In this document: positions 8,151 to 16,956 of the stretch, one piece after another
Numbering within the stretch: the first letter of the stretch is position 1
Layout of the letters: each line of letters begins with the position of its first letter
Assembly: GCA_963837545.1 (NCBI GenBank)
Contig: CAWINQ010000005.1
Coordinates: 49,525 to 113,524, forward strand
From: an uncultured Actinomycetota bacterium
Lineage (GTDB): Bacteria; Actinomycetota; Actinomycetes; Mycobacteriales; QHCD01
Reading direction: 5' to 3'
Length of the DNA: 64,000 nt
The notes under the pieces: generated by a model
What the model was told of the DNA's origin: nothing
The model's input: only the letters and a program-made list of their open reading frames with translations
Databases searched by the model: none
Translations under genes and position numbers: made by a program

Positions 8151-9110
8151 TCACCAGCTCAGCAGGGCGGCCAGCTCGGCGTTGCGCTGTGCGAACGCCG
8201 TCCAGGCGGCCGGCGTCGTGGCCAGCCTCCGGCGCGCGGCGCGTTCGGAGCACGCCGCCTGCCGCCAGACGCAGAGTCGCCCGGCCCGGACCTCACAGTG
8301 CAGCAGCACCCCGTCGGCCCAGCCGTAGAGGTCGGCGTCCTCCGTTTCGGCCGTCGTCGCTCGCTGGACGCCCGAGATCCAGCCGACCGCCTCGATCTCG
8401 GCCTGCAGCCGGGCCGCGAGCTCGAAGGAGAGCGCCCCGGCGGCGGCGTCCCGCCGTCGTCCGAGCTCGGCCAGCAGGCCGGCCACGGCCTCGCCGTCCC
8501 GGTCGAATACCGCCGCGGCCCGCCGGACGAGGGTCTGCCGGCACCCGGCGTCGACGCCCCGGATCCGGGCCAGGTCGCGACCGGACCCGCGCACGTCCGC
8601 GCCGGCGTACCCCAGCGGGTGCACCCGCTCGACCGCGGACACGGCCAGCCGCGCCTTCTGCCCCCCGAGGTAGGGCCCGAAGACCCACGTCCCGGTCTCC
8701 GGTCGCGACTCGTGGACCACGGTCAGTCCCGGGGACCGCGGCCCGCCGTCGAGCCGGATGAAGACCGGCACCTCGGCACCACCGGCGGTGCGGTTCCACG
8801 GTGACAGCCGCCGTTCGAGCAGGTTGCGCTCGAGCCAGGCCGCCTCGTGTTCAGACGCGCATTCGATCGCCTCCAGCCGGGCGATCCGGGACACCATCCG
8901 GGACAGGTGTCCCCGGTCGCGCAGGTCGCCCCAGTAGGAGGCCACCCGCCGCCTGAGGTTCGTGGCGCGCCCGACGTAGAGGACATCGCCGCGCCCGTCG
9001 CGGAAGCGGTAGACGCCCGGCGCCAGGGGAAGCCGCGGGATGCTCGCCTGCGGCGCCGGGAACGGTCGACGGTCCTCCCGGAGGGGCATCGGTCCATGAT
9101 GGGCCCTCAC
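8151..9110 (-). CDS. GIY-YIG nuclease-domain protein (UvrC N-terminal / Cho-like).
   Basis: GVYRFRDGRGDVLYVGRATNLRRRVASY plus the conserved E/N of the GIY-YIG core (ASEHEAAWLERNLLERRLSPWNR). Confidence 0.7.
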   Translation of the reverse strand: MRAHHGPMPLREDRRPFPAPQASIPRLPLAPGVYRFRDGRGDVLYVGRATNLRRRVASYWGDLRDRGHLSRMVSRIARLEAIECASEHEAAWLERNLLERRLSPWNRTAGGAEVPVFIRLDGGPRSPGLTVVHESRPETGTWVFGPYLGGQKARLAVSAVERVHPLGYAGADVRGSGRDLARIRGVDAGCRQTLVRRAAAVFDRDGEAVAGLLAELGRRRDAAAGALSFELAARLQAEIEAVGWISGVQRATTAETEDADLYGWADGVLLHCEVRAGRLCVWRQAACSERAARRRLATTPAAWTAFAQRNAELAALLSW

Positions 9111-9517
9111 CGGAGCGCGGCGACAGCCTCGACCTCGACGAGTTGGTCCCGGTACCCCAGGGCCGCGACCCCGAGCAACGTGCTCGGGACGTCGTGACCG
9201 CCGAAGTGCCGGGCGACGACGTCCCAGGCGGCGACCAGATCGTCCTGGCTCGAGCTGGCGACGTAGACCGTGGTCTTCACCACGTCCGTCAGCCCGGCGC
9301 CGGCAGCGGCCAAGGCGGTATGCAGGTTGGCCATCACCTGCTCGGCCTGCCCGGCGACGTCGCCGACAGCGACGGTGTCCCCGGCGGTGTCGAGCGGACA
9401 GGCGCCCGCCGTGAACACCAGCCGGGTGACACCGTGCGCGACGGCGGCATACGCATACGGGGCACGGTCGGCAAGTTCGGCGGTCCGGATCAGTTGCACA
9501 GGGCTCGAGGCGCTCAC
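9107..9517 (-). CDS. RidA/YjgF family protein.
   Basis: YjgF-like core (AYAAVAHGVTRLVFTAGACPLD ... TTVYVASS). The start is uncertain: GTG at 9517, or the ORF may extend to 9613. Overlaps the GIY-YIG start by 4 nt. Confidence 0.6.
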   Translation of the reverse strand: MSASSPVQLIRTAELADRAPYAYAAVAHGVTRLVFTAGACPLDTAGDTVAVGDVAGQAEQVMANLHTALAAAGAGLTDVVKTTVYVASSSQDDLVAAWDVVARHFGGHDVPSTLLGVAALGYRDQLVEVEAVAALR

Positions 9518-9672
9518 GCCGACGAGCCTAGGGCTCGACCCGCGCGGCCACGGCTCCGGCGCCCCTTCTCTGGCCTCCCTTCCACTATGCGCAGCCGCGC
9601 GGTCTGAGATCAAGACTGTTTCTGCGTCCGGACAAGCCGCACAATTGGCTCGGGATTCGAGAGGACGGGTGC

Positions 9673-11775
9673 GTGACGGATCAGCCGGGGGAAGGGCAGC
9701 TGCATGCCGAAATCAGGCTCGAGCAGGAGCACGTCGACCGGGTGTACGCCCGCGTAGCGCAGGTGCGGGAGGAGGCACGGGCACTCGAGGCGGAGGGCCA
9801 TCGTCGTGCCCAGCTGGGAAAGTTCATCTACTCGGCGCTCTTCGAGCGCGACGCGATGGTCTACCAGGCCAGTCGCCGGGTTCGCGAACTCGATGTGGCG
9901 CACGAGGGCCTGGTCTTCGGCCGCCTCGACATGGACAGCGCGGAGGTCCGCTACATCGGGCGACTGGGCCTGCGCGACGAGGACTACGACACGATGGTGA
10001 TCGACTGGCGGGCGCCTGCGGCCGCGCCGTTCTACCGGGCCACGGCGAAGGACCGGCACGGCGTCGTACGGCGCCGGGTCATCAACTGCCGCCGGGAGAG
10101 GGTCGTGGGGATCGACGACGACCTGCTCGCCGCCGAGCTCGCGCCCCGCGGGATGCGGGTCATCGGGGACGGCGCGCTGCTCGCTTCCCTGTCCCGTGCG
10201 CGCAGTGGCGGGATGCGCGACATCATCGCGACGATCCAGGCCGAGCAGGACGAGATCATCCGTGCGCCGGCCGACGGCGCGACCCTGATCACCGGCGGTC
10301 CGGGCACCGGCAAGACCGCCGTCGCGCTGCACCGTGCGGCCTATCTGCTCTACCAGGATCGGCGGCGCTTCGAGCGCGGCGGGGTGTTGATCGTGGGGCC
10401 GTCGCCGGCGTTCATCCGGTTCATCGAGCGCGTCCTGCCGTCACTCGGCGAATCCGCGGCGACGCTGCGATCGGTCGGGGAACTCGTCGACGGGACCACC
10501 GGATCGGGTCACGACGAGGCGGGCGTCGGGACCGTGAAGGGCTCGTCGCTGATGGCGCAGGTGCTGCGCAGATCGGTCGCGCTCACCCCGCCCGGCGTGC
10601 CGGATCGACTCCGATTCCCCTATCGGGGCACCGTCCTCCAGCTCGATGCAGCCGCCCTCGCCACGGTGCGCCGCAGGACACTCGCCCGGGAGCGACGGCC
10701 CAACGTCGCGCGGACGCGCGCGGCCGCATTGCTCACCGGAGCGCTGTGGGACCGGCTTACCGCAAACGACCTGGGCCCGGCCGACCTGACCGAGGAGGAG
10801 TTCTCCGACGATCTCGCCGACCGCGGAGTGGTGCGGGAATTCGTCGACAGCTGGTGGCCCATCGTCGACGCGGCCACCGCGCTCACCTGGCTCGCCGACC
10901 CGGACCGGCTTGCCGGGTCGGCCGGCCGAATGCTGCCGGCCGACGACGTCCGCGCCGTCGCCGCCTCCCTCGAACGGGTGGCAAGAGGCGGCGTCCCGTC
11001 CGTCGCCGACGTCGCGTTGATGGACGAGCTCGATGATCTGCTGGGCCGACCCGTCCCTGCGCCGGACCCGTCGGCGGCGCCGGGGGTGGAGGACCCGGAG
11101 GAGGAATACGAGACCGAGTACGCGCACATCGTCGTCGACGAGGCGCAGGACCTGTCCCCGATGCAGTGGCGGGCACTCGGCCGGCGCGGCCGGCGCGCCA
11201 GCTGGACGATAGTCGGAGACCCCCTGCAGTCCTCCCGTCCGGACGACGACCTCGACGCCAGGACGGCGATGGACGACGCGACCGGACACGCCCCGCGGCG
11301 TGATTTCCACCTCGACGTCAACTACCGCAACCCCGAGGAGATCTTCGCGCTGGCCGCGCGCATCGCCCGGGCCGGTGCGCCCGGTGCGAGGCTGCCGAGG
11401 GCCGTGCGCTCTACGGGCCATCAGCCGCAGCACGTGCTGGCCAGTGCGGCCTCGCTGGGCGACGAGGTCCGGGCAGCGGTGGCCCGCACCCTCGAGCAGG
11501 TGGAGGGCGATGTCGGCGTCATCACCCCGATGTCGCTCCGGGCCGACACGCTGGCATGGATCGGGGCCGCGTTCGGGAGCCGCGTCCAGGTCATCGACGG
11601 GCTGGAGGCCAAGGGGCTGGAGTTCGACGGGGTGGTGCTGGTCGAGCCACCACGACTCGGCGGGCCGGCCGAGCACGGGGACCACCTGCGTTACGTCGCA
11701 CTCACCCGCGCGACCCAGCGACTGGTCACCGTCACGACGGATCCGCGCTGGCTCGATCTGGTGGCGGGCGGCTGA
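9673..11775 (+). CDS. helD: HelD-family (UvrD-like, helicase IV-like) RNA-polymerase-associated helicase.
   Basis: 700 aa. Walker A ITGGPGTGKT. Architecture typical of actinobacterial HelD. Confidence 0.8.
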   Translation: MTDQPGEGQLHAEIRLEQEHVDRVYARVAQVREEARALEAEGHRRAQLGKFIYSALFERDAMVYQASRRVRELDVAHEGLVFGRLDMDSAEVRYIGRLGLRDEDYDTMVIDWRAPAAAPFYRATAKDRHGVVRRRVINCRRERVVGIDDDLLAAELAPRGMRVIGDGALLASLSRARSGGMRDIIATIQAEQDEIIRAPADGATLITGGPGTGKTAVALHRAAYLLYQDRRRFERGGVLIVGPSPAFIRFIERVLPSLGESAATLRSVGELVDGTTGSGHDEAGVGTVKGSSLMAQVLRRSVALTPPGVPDRLRFPYRGTVLQLDAAALATVRRRTLARERRPNVARTRAAALLTGALWDRLTANDLGPADLTEEEFSDDLADRGVVREFVDSWWPIVDAATALTWLADPDRLAGSAGRMLPADDVRAVAASLERVARGGVPSVADVALMDELDDLLGRPVPAPDPSAAPGVEDPEEEYETEYAHIVVDEAQDLSPMQWRALGRRGRRASWTIVGDPLQSSRPDDDLDARTAMDDATGHAPRRDFHLDVNYRNPEEIFALAARIARAGAPGARLPRAVRSTGHQPQHVLASAASLGDEVRAAVARTLEQVEGDVGVITPMSLRADTLAWIGAAFGSRVQVIDGLEAKGLEFDGVVLVEPPRLGGPAEHGDHLRYVALTRATQRLVTVTTDPRWLDLVAGG

Positions 11776-11776
11776 A

Positions 11777-11789
11777 CCCCTTGCAGGGG
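11777..11789. terminator. Short stem-loop (CCCCT-TGC-AGGGG) between convergent genes.
   Basis: Perfect 5-bp stem immediately after the helD stop. No T-tract, as expected for high-GC actinomycetes. Confidence 0.35.
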
Positions 11790-11791
11790 GC

Positions 11792-12358
11792 CTAGTCCGA
11801 CGGCAGATGCCGCCGCCGGTGCAGCACTGGCTGAACCCACCACAGCCAGGCGATTCCGATCGCCAGAGCGCCGGCGAGCACGTTGCCCCAGCCGTCGACC
11901 ACGAAGGTCGCGGCGAGATCGACGCCACCGATGAGGGTGAGCAGCAGGAAGGCCAGTCCGATGGAGACCGACCGGTGTCCGGTCTCCACGAGATGGGACT
12001 TCAACCTGCGCCGGAAGACGATGCGGTGGTAGCTGACCGGCGCGATGAGAAACCCAGCGGCGAGGGCAGCGCTGGTCAACGTGACGAGATAGACCGCGTG
12101 CTGAGCGGCGTTGAGGTCGGCGAACCGAGGGGTGAAGACGAAGCCGAGCAGGAAGGCGAAGAGGATCTGCACGCCGGTCTGGGCGACCCGGACCTCTTGG
12201 AGCAACTCGATGAAGTTGCGGTCGACGCGCTGGACGTCGCTCTCGCCGCGATGTTCGCGGTTCCATTCGGCATGCTCGATCGAGCCGGCGGCGATCGCCT
12301 CCGCGTCCACCACGTCGTCGGCACCGACGACCTCGCGCAACGGACTGGTACTCACCCG
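11792..12358 (-). CDS. Small membrane protein (DUF6328-like, 3-4 TM).
   Basis: GTG start (VSTSPLREVV...). Hydrophobic segments ILFAFLLGFVF, VYLVTLTSAALAAGFLIA, IGLAFLLLTLIGGV. Confidence 0.55.
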   Translation of the reverse strand, partial: RVSTSPLREVVGADDVVDAEAIAAGSIEHAEWNREHRGESDVQRVDRNFIELLQEVRVAQTGVQILFAFLLGFVFTPRFADLNAAQHAVYLVTLTSAALAAGFLIAPVSYHRIVFRRRLKSHLVETGHRSVSIGLAFLLLTLIGGVDLAATFVVDGWGNVLAGALAIGIAWLWWVQPVLHRRRHLPSD

Positions 12359-12378
12359 TGCGCACCTCGTTTCCTCAC

Positions 12379-12423
12379 TGGGGATTTCGACACCGGGGAT
12401 TTCGACACTGGGAATTTCCGCAC
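12379..12423. repeat. 15-bp tandem direct repeat x3 (GGGGATTTCGACACC / GGGGATTTCGACACT / GGGAATTTCCGCACC).
   Basis: Directly visible. Located just upstream of the minus-strand membrane-protein start. Confidence 0.85.
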
Positions 12424-12527
12424 CCGGAATGCTCCACCTCCCCGTACCCACAGGCGCACGGTCGAATCGCGCCGCCGGCGGGTACGGCGGCTCCAGGCCC
12501 CAGGACAACATTCTCGGATCGGCTCGT

Positions 12528-12944
12528 CTATGCCAGTTTGGACGGAAAGGCGTGGGCTCGACCCGGATAAGGAGACTTTCCCGCCCCGCCCTGCATGACG
12601 GTGTCGTCGCCGAGACCGAGCAGCCGGCGGAGGGATCGGCTGGGATTCGTGAGCACGACCTCGCCATCGGCGGTGCCCACGGCGCGGCGCAGGACGGAGA
12701 GCAGCGCGTCCAGACCGGCGGCGTTGCACGCACTCACCCCGCCCAGGTCGACGGTGATCTGGCAGTGCCCCGCACACCGGAGCCAGTCCAACGCTTCGTG
12801 CAACCGATCGGCCGCGACGGGGGTCAGCTCGCCGGACACCGCGAGCCACGCCCGGGCGCCGGACGTCGTGACCGACCAGGACAGCAGCGGGCCGGGCTCG
12901 GGACGGCTCGGCAGGCGGAACGTGTGCGACCCGTGCGAAGCCAT
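12528..12944 (-). CDS. STAS-domain anti-sigma-factor antagonist.
   Basis: SpoIIAA-like motif ITVDLGGVSACNAAGLDALL. The start is placed at MASHGS. Confidence 0.65.
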   Translation of the reverse strand: MASHGSHTFRLPSRPEPGPLLSWSVTTSGARAWLAVSGELTPVAADRLHEALDWLRCAGHCQITVDLGGVSACNAAGLDALLSVLRRAVGTADGEVVLTNPSRSLRRLLGLGDDTVMQGGAGKSPYPGRAHAFPSKLA

Positions 12945-13299
12945 GCCGTGGTCCCCCAGGAGCGAGACGGTGGGCGACGACGCGACCGAGAATCTCCCCC
13001 GAGGCGGGTGGCCGCGTAGCGCTACCGAAGGTGGCCTGTGCGGCTGACTGCCCAACCTGGGGGAACTGTACGTCCGTGCCCGAACGGGCGCTAGAGCACG
13101 TTGACGTGAATACCGTTCGAACCCAGGACCTACCGGCCGTCACCTATCTGGCCCCTTTGCCTTACGGGCCAGTGGCACTAACGTTTCAATCCGGTTGGAC
13201 AGTCAGCCACTCGGGCCACGGGCCGAGGCTGACTCGGGCCCGCGTCGTGTCTCACCTCAGTCGGGCGTGTCCGGTCAGTCATCGGAAGGAGCTACCCCG

Positions 13300-13692
13300 G
13301 TGGGATCTCCCGATATCGCGGCCCGCAAGCCGACCGAGACGACACTTCTTGATCTCACGGTGTCGGCCGACGTCGATCGATGCGTCGTGCGGTTGGCCGG
13401 TGACCTCGACCTGTGCAGCGCCGGGTTGCTGGAGGAGAACCTCACCGCACTGCTCGACAGCGGCTGCCGTGACATCACCGTCGACCTCTCCCGGCTCGCC
13501 TTCTGCGACTGTGCCGGGCTGAGCGCCCTGATCGGCGCCCGCCTCGCCCTGGGGCGGGAAGGCGGCGACCTCACCCTCGCCGGGGCGACCGGCCAGGTCC
13601 GGCGGATCATCGAGCTTGCCGGGTTCCTGGAGACCTGCGACATCGACGGCGTCCCACCGAGCGCCGGGAGGGCCGCCACCGACGACACGTGA
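13300..13692 (+). CDS. STAS-domain anti-sigma-factor antagonist.
   Basis: GTG with GGAAGGAG RBS. Motif ITVDLSRLAFCDCAGLSALI. Confidence 0.65.
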   Translation: MGSPDIAARKPTETTLLDLTVSADVDRCVVRLAGDLDLCSAGLLEENLTALLDSGCRDITVDLSRLAFCDCAGLSALIGARLALGREGGDLTLAGATGQVRRIIELAGFLETCDIDGVPPSAGRAATDDT

Positions 13693-13761
13693 CCCTGACC
13701 GGCCTCCTCCGGCGATACCATGGGACCCTCAGCCACCGGCACCTTCCGGGAGGGTCCGCGC

Positions 13762-14562
13762 ATGCCCGTCACCGTCGCCGCCGCGCAGTTCTCCGCGGGC
13801 ACCGACAAGGATGCCAACCTGAAGCGGATGCGCGACCTGGCCCTGGCCGCCGTCGAGCACGGTGCGGCCCTGATGGTCGCCCCCGAGGACTCGATGTTCA
13901 CCTCACCGGACCCGGCGGCGGACCTCTCCCGCGACGCCGAGCCCCTCGACGGTGCGTTCGCGACCGAGGTCGCCGCCCTGGCCGCCGAGACCGGTCTGTG
14001 CATCGTCGCCGGGATGACCGAACGGCTGGCGGAGGAAGACCGGGTGTCCAACACGGTCATCGCGGTCAACGGGACCGGGCAGCGGATCGGCGTCTACCGC
14101 AAGCTGCACCTCTACGACGCGTTCGGATACCAGGAGTCCCTGCGGGTCCGCCATGCCGACCACGCCGACCCCCTCCTCGTCACCGTAGGAGAGCTCCGGT
14201 TCGGCGTCATGACCTGTTACGACCTGCGCTTTCCCGAGCAGGCCCGCTATCTCGTCGATGCCGGCGCCCAGGCGCTCCTGGTGCCCGCCGCATGGGCCAC
14301 CGGCCCGGCGAAGGAGGACCACTGGACGACGTTGCTGCGGGCTCGGGCGATCGAAAACACGGTCTACGTCCTCGGCGCCGGCCAGACGGCGCCGCGGTGC
14401 ACCGGGCACAGCATGATCGTCGACCCGATGGGCGTGCCGCTCGCCAACGCCGGTGAGGAGCCCGGTGTGGTCACGGCCCGGTTGAGCGCCGAGCGCCTCG
14501 ACACGGTGCGCGCCAAGCTGCCGAGCCTGACCCACCGCCGGTTCCGGGTGCTGCCCGGATAG
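13762..14562 (+). CDS. Carbon-nitrogen hydrolase family (nitrilase/amidase superfamily).
   Basis: Catalytic Glu, Lys and Cys motifs: VAPE, RKLHLYD, MTCYDLRFPE. Confidence 0.75.
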   Translation: MPVTVAAAQFSAGTDKDANLKRMRDLALAAVEHGAALMVAPEDSMFTSPDPAADLSRDAEPLDGAFATEVAALAAETGLCIVAGMTERLAEEDRVSNTVIAVNGTGQRIGVYRKLHLYDAFGYQESLRVRHADHADPLLVTVGELRFGVMTCYDLRFPEQARYLVDAGAQALLVPAAWATGPAKEDHWTTLLRARAIENTVYVLGAGQTAPRCTGHSMIVDPMGVPLANAGEEPGVVTARLSAERLDTVRAKLPSLTHRRFRVLPG

Positions 14563-14574
14563 GTCCCCGCCCGC

Positions 14575-14584
14575 CCGGGCGCAC
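14575..14584. terminator. Perfect 10-bp palindrome CGCCCGGGCG between convergent genes.
   Basis: Lies between the nitrilase-family stop and the zur stop. Confidence 0.25.
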
Positions 14585-14589
14585 CGTGC

Positions 14590-15045
14590 TCAGCGGCGGG
14601 TGCGGCCCCGGCGACGGCAGGTCGGGCAGATGCCGACGATCTCCAGGGTGTGGCTGACGTCGGTGAAGCCCTCCTGCGCGGCCAGCCGGTCCGCCCACCC
14701 CTCGATGTCCGGGCCGTCGATCTCGACCGTCCGGCCGCAGCTGCGGCACAGCAGGTGGTGGTGGTGCACGTCGGTGCTGCACCGCCGGTAGAGCGTCTCG
14801 CCGTCCTCGGCGCGCAGGACGTCGACCTCGCCGGAGTCGGCGAGCAGCCGGAGTTGGTTGTAGACGGTCGTGAGACCCACCCGCTCGCCCCGGGTGCGCA
14901 GCAGGGCATGCAGGTCCTGGGCGCTACGGAATCCGTCGACGTCGGCGAGCAACGCCGCGAGCGCCCGCTTCTGCCGGGTGGACCGCTCGCCCGCACCTCC
15001 CGGCGCGGCAGCGGGTGTCGCTGACGCGGTCGCCCGGCGTGGCAT
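14590..15045 (-). CDS. zur: Fur-family metalloregulator, likely zinc uptake regulator Zur.
   Basis: Motifs TRQKRALAALL, HHHHLLCRSCGRT, CPTC. Divergent from the znu operon. Confidence 0.75.
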   Translation of the reverse strand: MPRRATASATPAAAPGGAGERSTRQKRALAALLADVDGFRSAQDLHALLRTRGERVGLTTVYNQLRLLADSGEVDVLRAEDGETLYRRCSTDVHHHHLLCRSCGRTVEIDGPDIEGWADRLAAQEGFTDVSHTLEIVGICPTCRRRGRTRR

Positions 15046-15195
15046 CTCAGACACGTTAGCACCTGCCGACTCGGGGCCGGGCCGGCTGCGACGGCGCATC
15101 GGCGCGACCGGTGTACGACCCCTGCTTGAACTGGTAACCGTTGCAGTATAGCCTCTTGTCCGTAACGGTATCCATACCAATTAAGGACGCGGGAC

Positions 15196-16126
15196 GTGGT
15201 GCGGCGAGCACGATTTCTCCGAGCGTCGGGTGTCGCGCTGGTGGCGGCCGCGATCACGGTGTCCGGCTGCAGCACCGGGTCCCCGGTTGCCCGGGGCGCA
15301 GGTCCCGGACCGATCCAGGTGGTGGCCGCGGAGAACTTCTGGGGCAGCATCGCCGGCCAACTGGGAGGCAGAGCAGGTGGCGGTCACCAGCATCATCGAC
15401 AACCCCGACACCGATCCGCACGACTACGAACCGACCGCCGTCGATGCGCGCACGGTCGCTACCGCGGCGCTCGTCATCGTCAACGGAATCGGCTACGACC
15501 CGTGGGCCACGAGGCTCGTCCAGGCCAACCCGTCCCGCGACCAGAGGGTGCTCACGGTAGGCACGCTCGTCGACGTACCGGACGGCGGAAATCCGCACCG
15601 TTGGTATTCACCGCCGGACGTCGCCGCGGTCGTCGATGCGATCACCGCCGACTACAAGCGGATCGACCCGGCCCACGCGGCCTACTTCGACGCGCGCCGG
15701 CAGGCCTTCGACGGCAGCGCACTCGCCCGGTACCACCACCTGGTCTCGGCCATCAGGGCAAGGTACGGCGGCACCCGGATCGGCGCCTCGGAGAGCATCG
15801 TCGCGCCGCTGGCCAAGGCCCTCGGTCTGCGGCTGCTCACCCCACCGGCCTTCCTCCGGGCGATCAGCGAGGGAACCGATCCGACGGCCGGCGACAAGTC
15901 GACGATCGACCGGCAGATCACCGACCACGAGATCAAGGTCTACGTCTACAACTCGCAGAACGCCACCCCCGACGTCCGCAGCCAGATCGCCGCCGCGCGG
16001 GCCGCCGGGATCCCGGTGACGAGCGTGACCGAGACCCTCACGCCGGCCGGGGCGAGCTTCCAGGCCTGGCAGGTCCGCGAGTTCGAGCAGCTCGAGGCCG
16101 CACTGGCGAAGGGTAGCCGGCGATGA
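15196..16126 (+). pseudogene. znuA: ZnuA-like metal ABC substrate-binding lipoprotein, with an apparent +1 frameshift near 15370-15373.
   Basis: Lipobox VSGC and NFWGSIAGQLGG lie in frame 1. The rest (QVAVTSIIDNPDTDPHDYEP...) lies in frame 2. A 4-nt stretch 'agag' where 3 nt are expected links the two frames. Confidence 0.65.
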
Positions 16127-16956
16127 GCCCAGAGCCGGTGGTGTCCTGCCGGGACGCGGCCGTACGGGTCGGCAGCCGGATGCTCTGGCAACACGTGACA
16201 CTGACCATCGGCGCGGGCGAATTCGTCGCGGTACTCGGCCCCAACGGCGTCGGGAAGTCCACGTTCGTCAGGGCGATGCTCGGCCTGCAGCCGCTCACCG
16301 AGGGCGTCATCGACGTACTCGACCGGCCGGCGGGACAGGCCGCCGCGGGGATCGGCTACCTGCCGCAGCGCCGCAGCTTCGACGTGGGGGTGCGCATCCG
16401 GGGGCGCGACCTCGTCCGCATGGGCCTCGACGGCCACCGGTTCGGCCTGCCCGTGCGCCTCCCGGGCGGACGTGCGGCCAGGGCGGCCCGGGCCCGGGTC
16501 GACGAGGTGCTGGACCTGGTCGGCGCCGGCCATCTCGCCGACCGTCCCATCGGCCAGGTCTCGGGCGGTGAGCAGCAGCGGCTGCTGATCGCGCAGGCTC
16601 TGGTCAACCGGCCGCGGTTGCTGCTGCTCGACGAGCCGCTGGACTCGCTGGACCTGCCCAACCAGGCGTCGGTCGCCGCGCTGCTGCAGAGCGTCTGCCG
16701 GGCGCAGCAGGTGAGCGTGGTCATCGTCGCGCACGACGTCAACCCGATCCTGTCCTACCTCGACCGGGTCATCTATCTCGCCGCAGGCGGTGCCGTGTCC
16801 GGGCCGCCGGAGGAGGTGATCACCTCCGAGGTGCTCACCGGTCTCTACTCGGTACCGATCGAGGTGCTGCACACCGGTGACGGCCGGCTCGTGGTGGTCG
16901 GTAGCCCGGAGGCTCCTGCCGTGCACGGTCGGCACAGCGAGGAGTTGCTGCCATGA
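16123..16956 (+). CDS. znuC: Metal ABC transporter ATP-binding protein.
   Basis: Walker A GPNGVGKST, signature LSGGEQQRL, Walker B LLLLDEP. Confidence 0.8.
   Translation: MSPEPVVSCRDAAVRVGSRMLWQHVTLTIGAGEFVAVLGPNGVGKSTFVRAMLGLQPLTEGVIDVLDRPAGQAAAGIGYLPQRRSFDVGVRIRGRDLVRMGLDGHRFGLPVRLPGGRAARAARARVDEVLDLVGAGHLADRPIGQVSGGEQQRLLIAQALVNRPRLLLLDEPLDSLDLPNQASVAALLQSVCRAQQVSVVIVAHDVNPILSYLDRVIYLAAGGAVSGPPEEVITSEVLTGLYSVPIEVLHTGDGRLVVVGSPEAPAVHGRHSEELLP

Noticed and set aside
9518-9672. Rifamycin-associated element (RAE) upstream of helD.
   Set aside because: I could not find a convincing about 19-bp inverted repeat matching what I recall of the RAE consensus. Left as a check rather than a call.
12379-12423. 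Possible CRISPR array (and likewise 44612-44761).
   Set aside because: Only 2-3 units, no spacers between repeats, units are degenerate, and no cas genes are present. These are simple tandem repeats.
13040-13125. tRNA-like candidate (GTTCGAAC T-loop-like sequence flanked by CTGGGGG / CCCAGG).
   Set aside because: No 7-bp acceptor stem and no D-arm or anticodon arm can be drawn. Probably a structured leader region between the divergent STAS genes.
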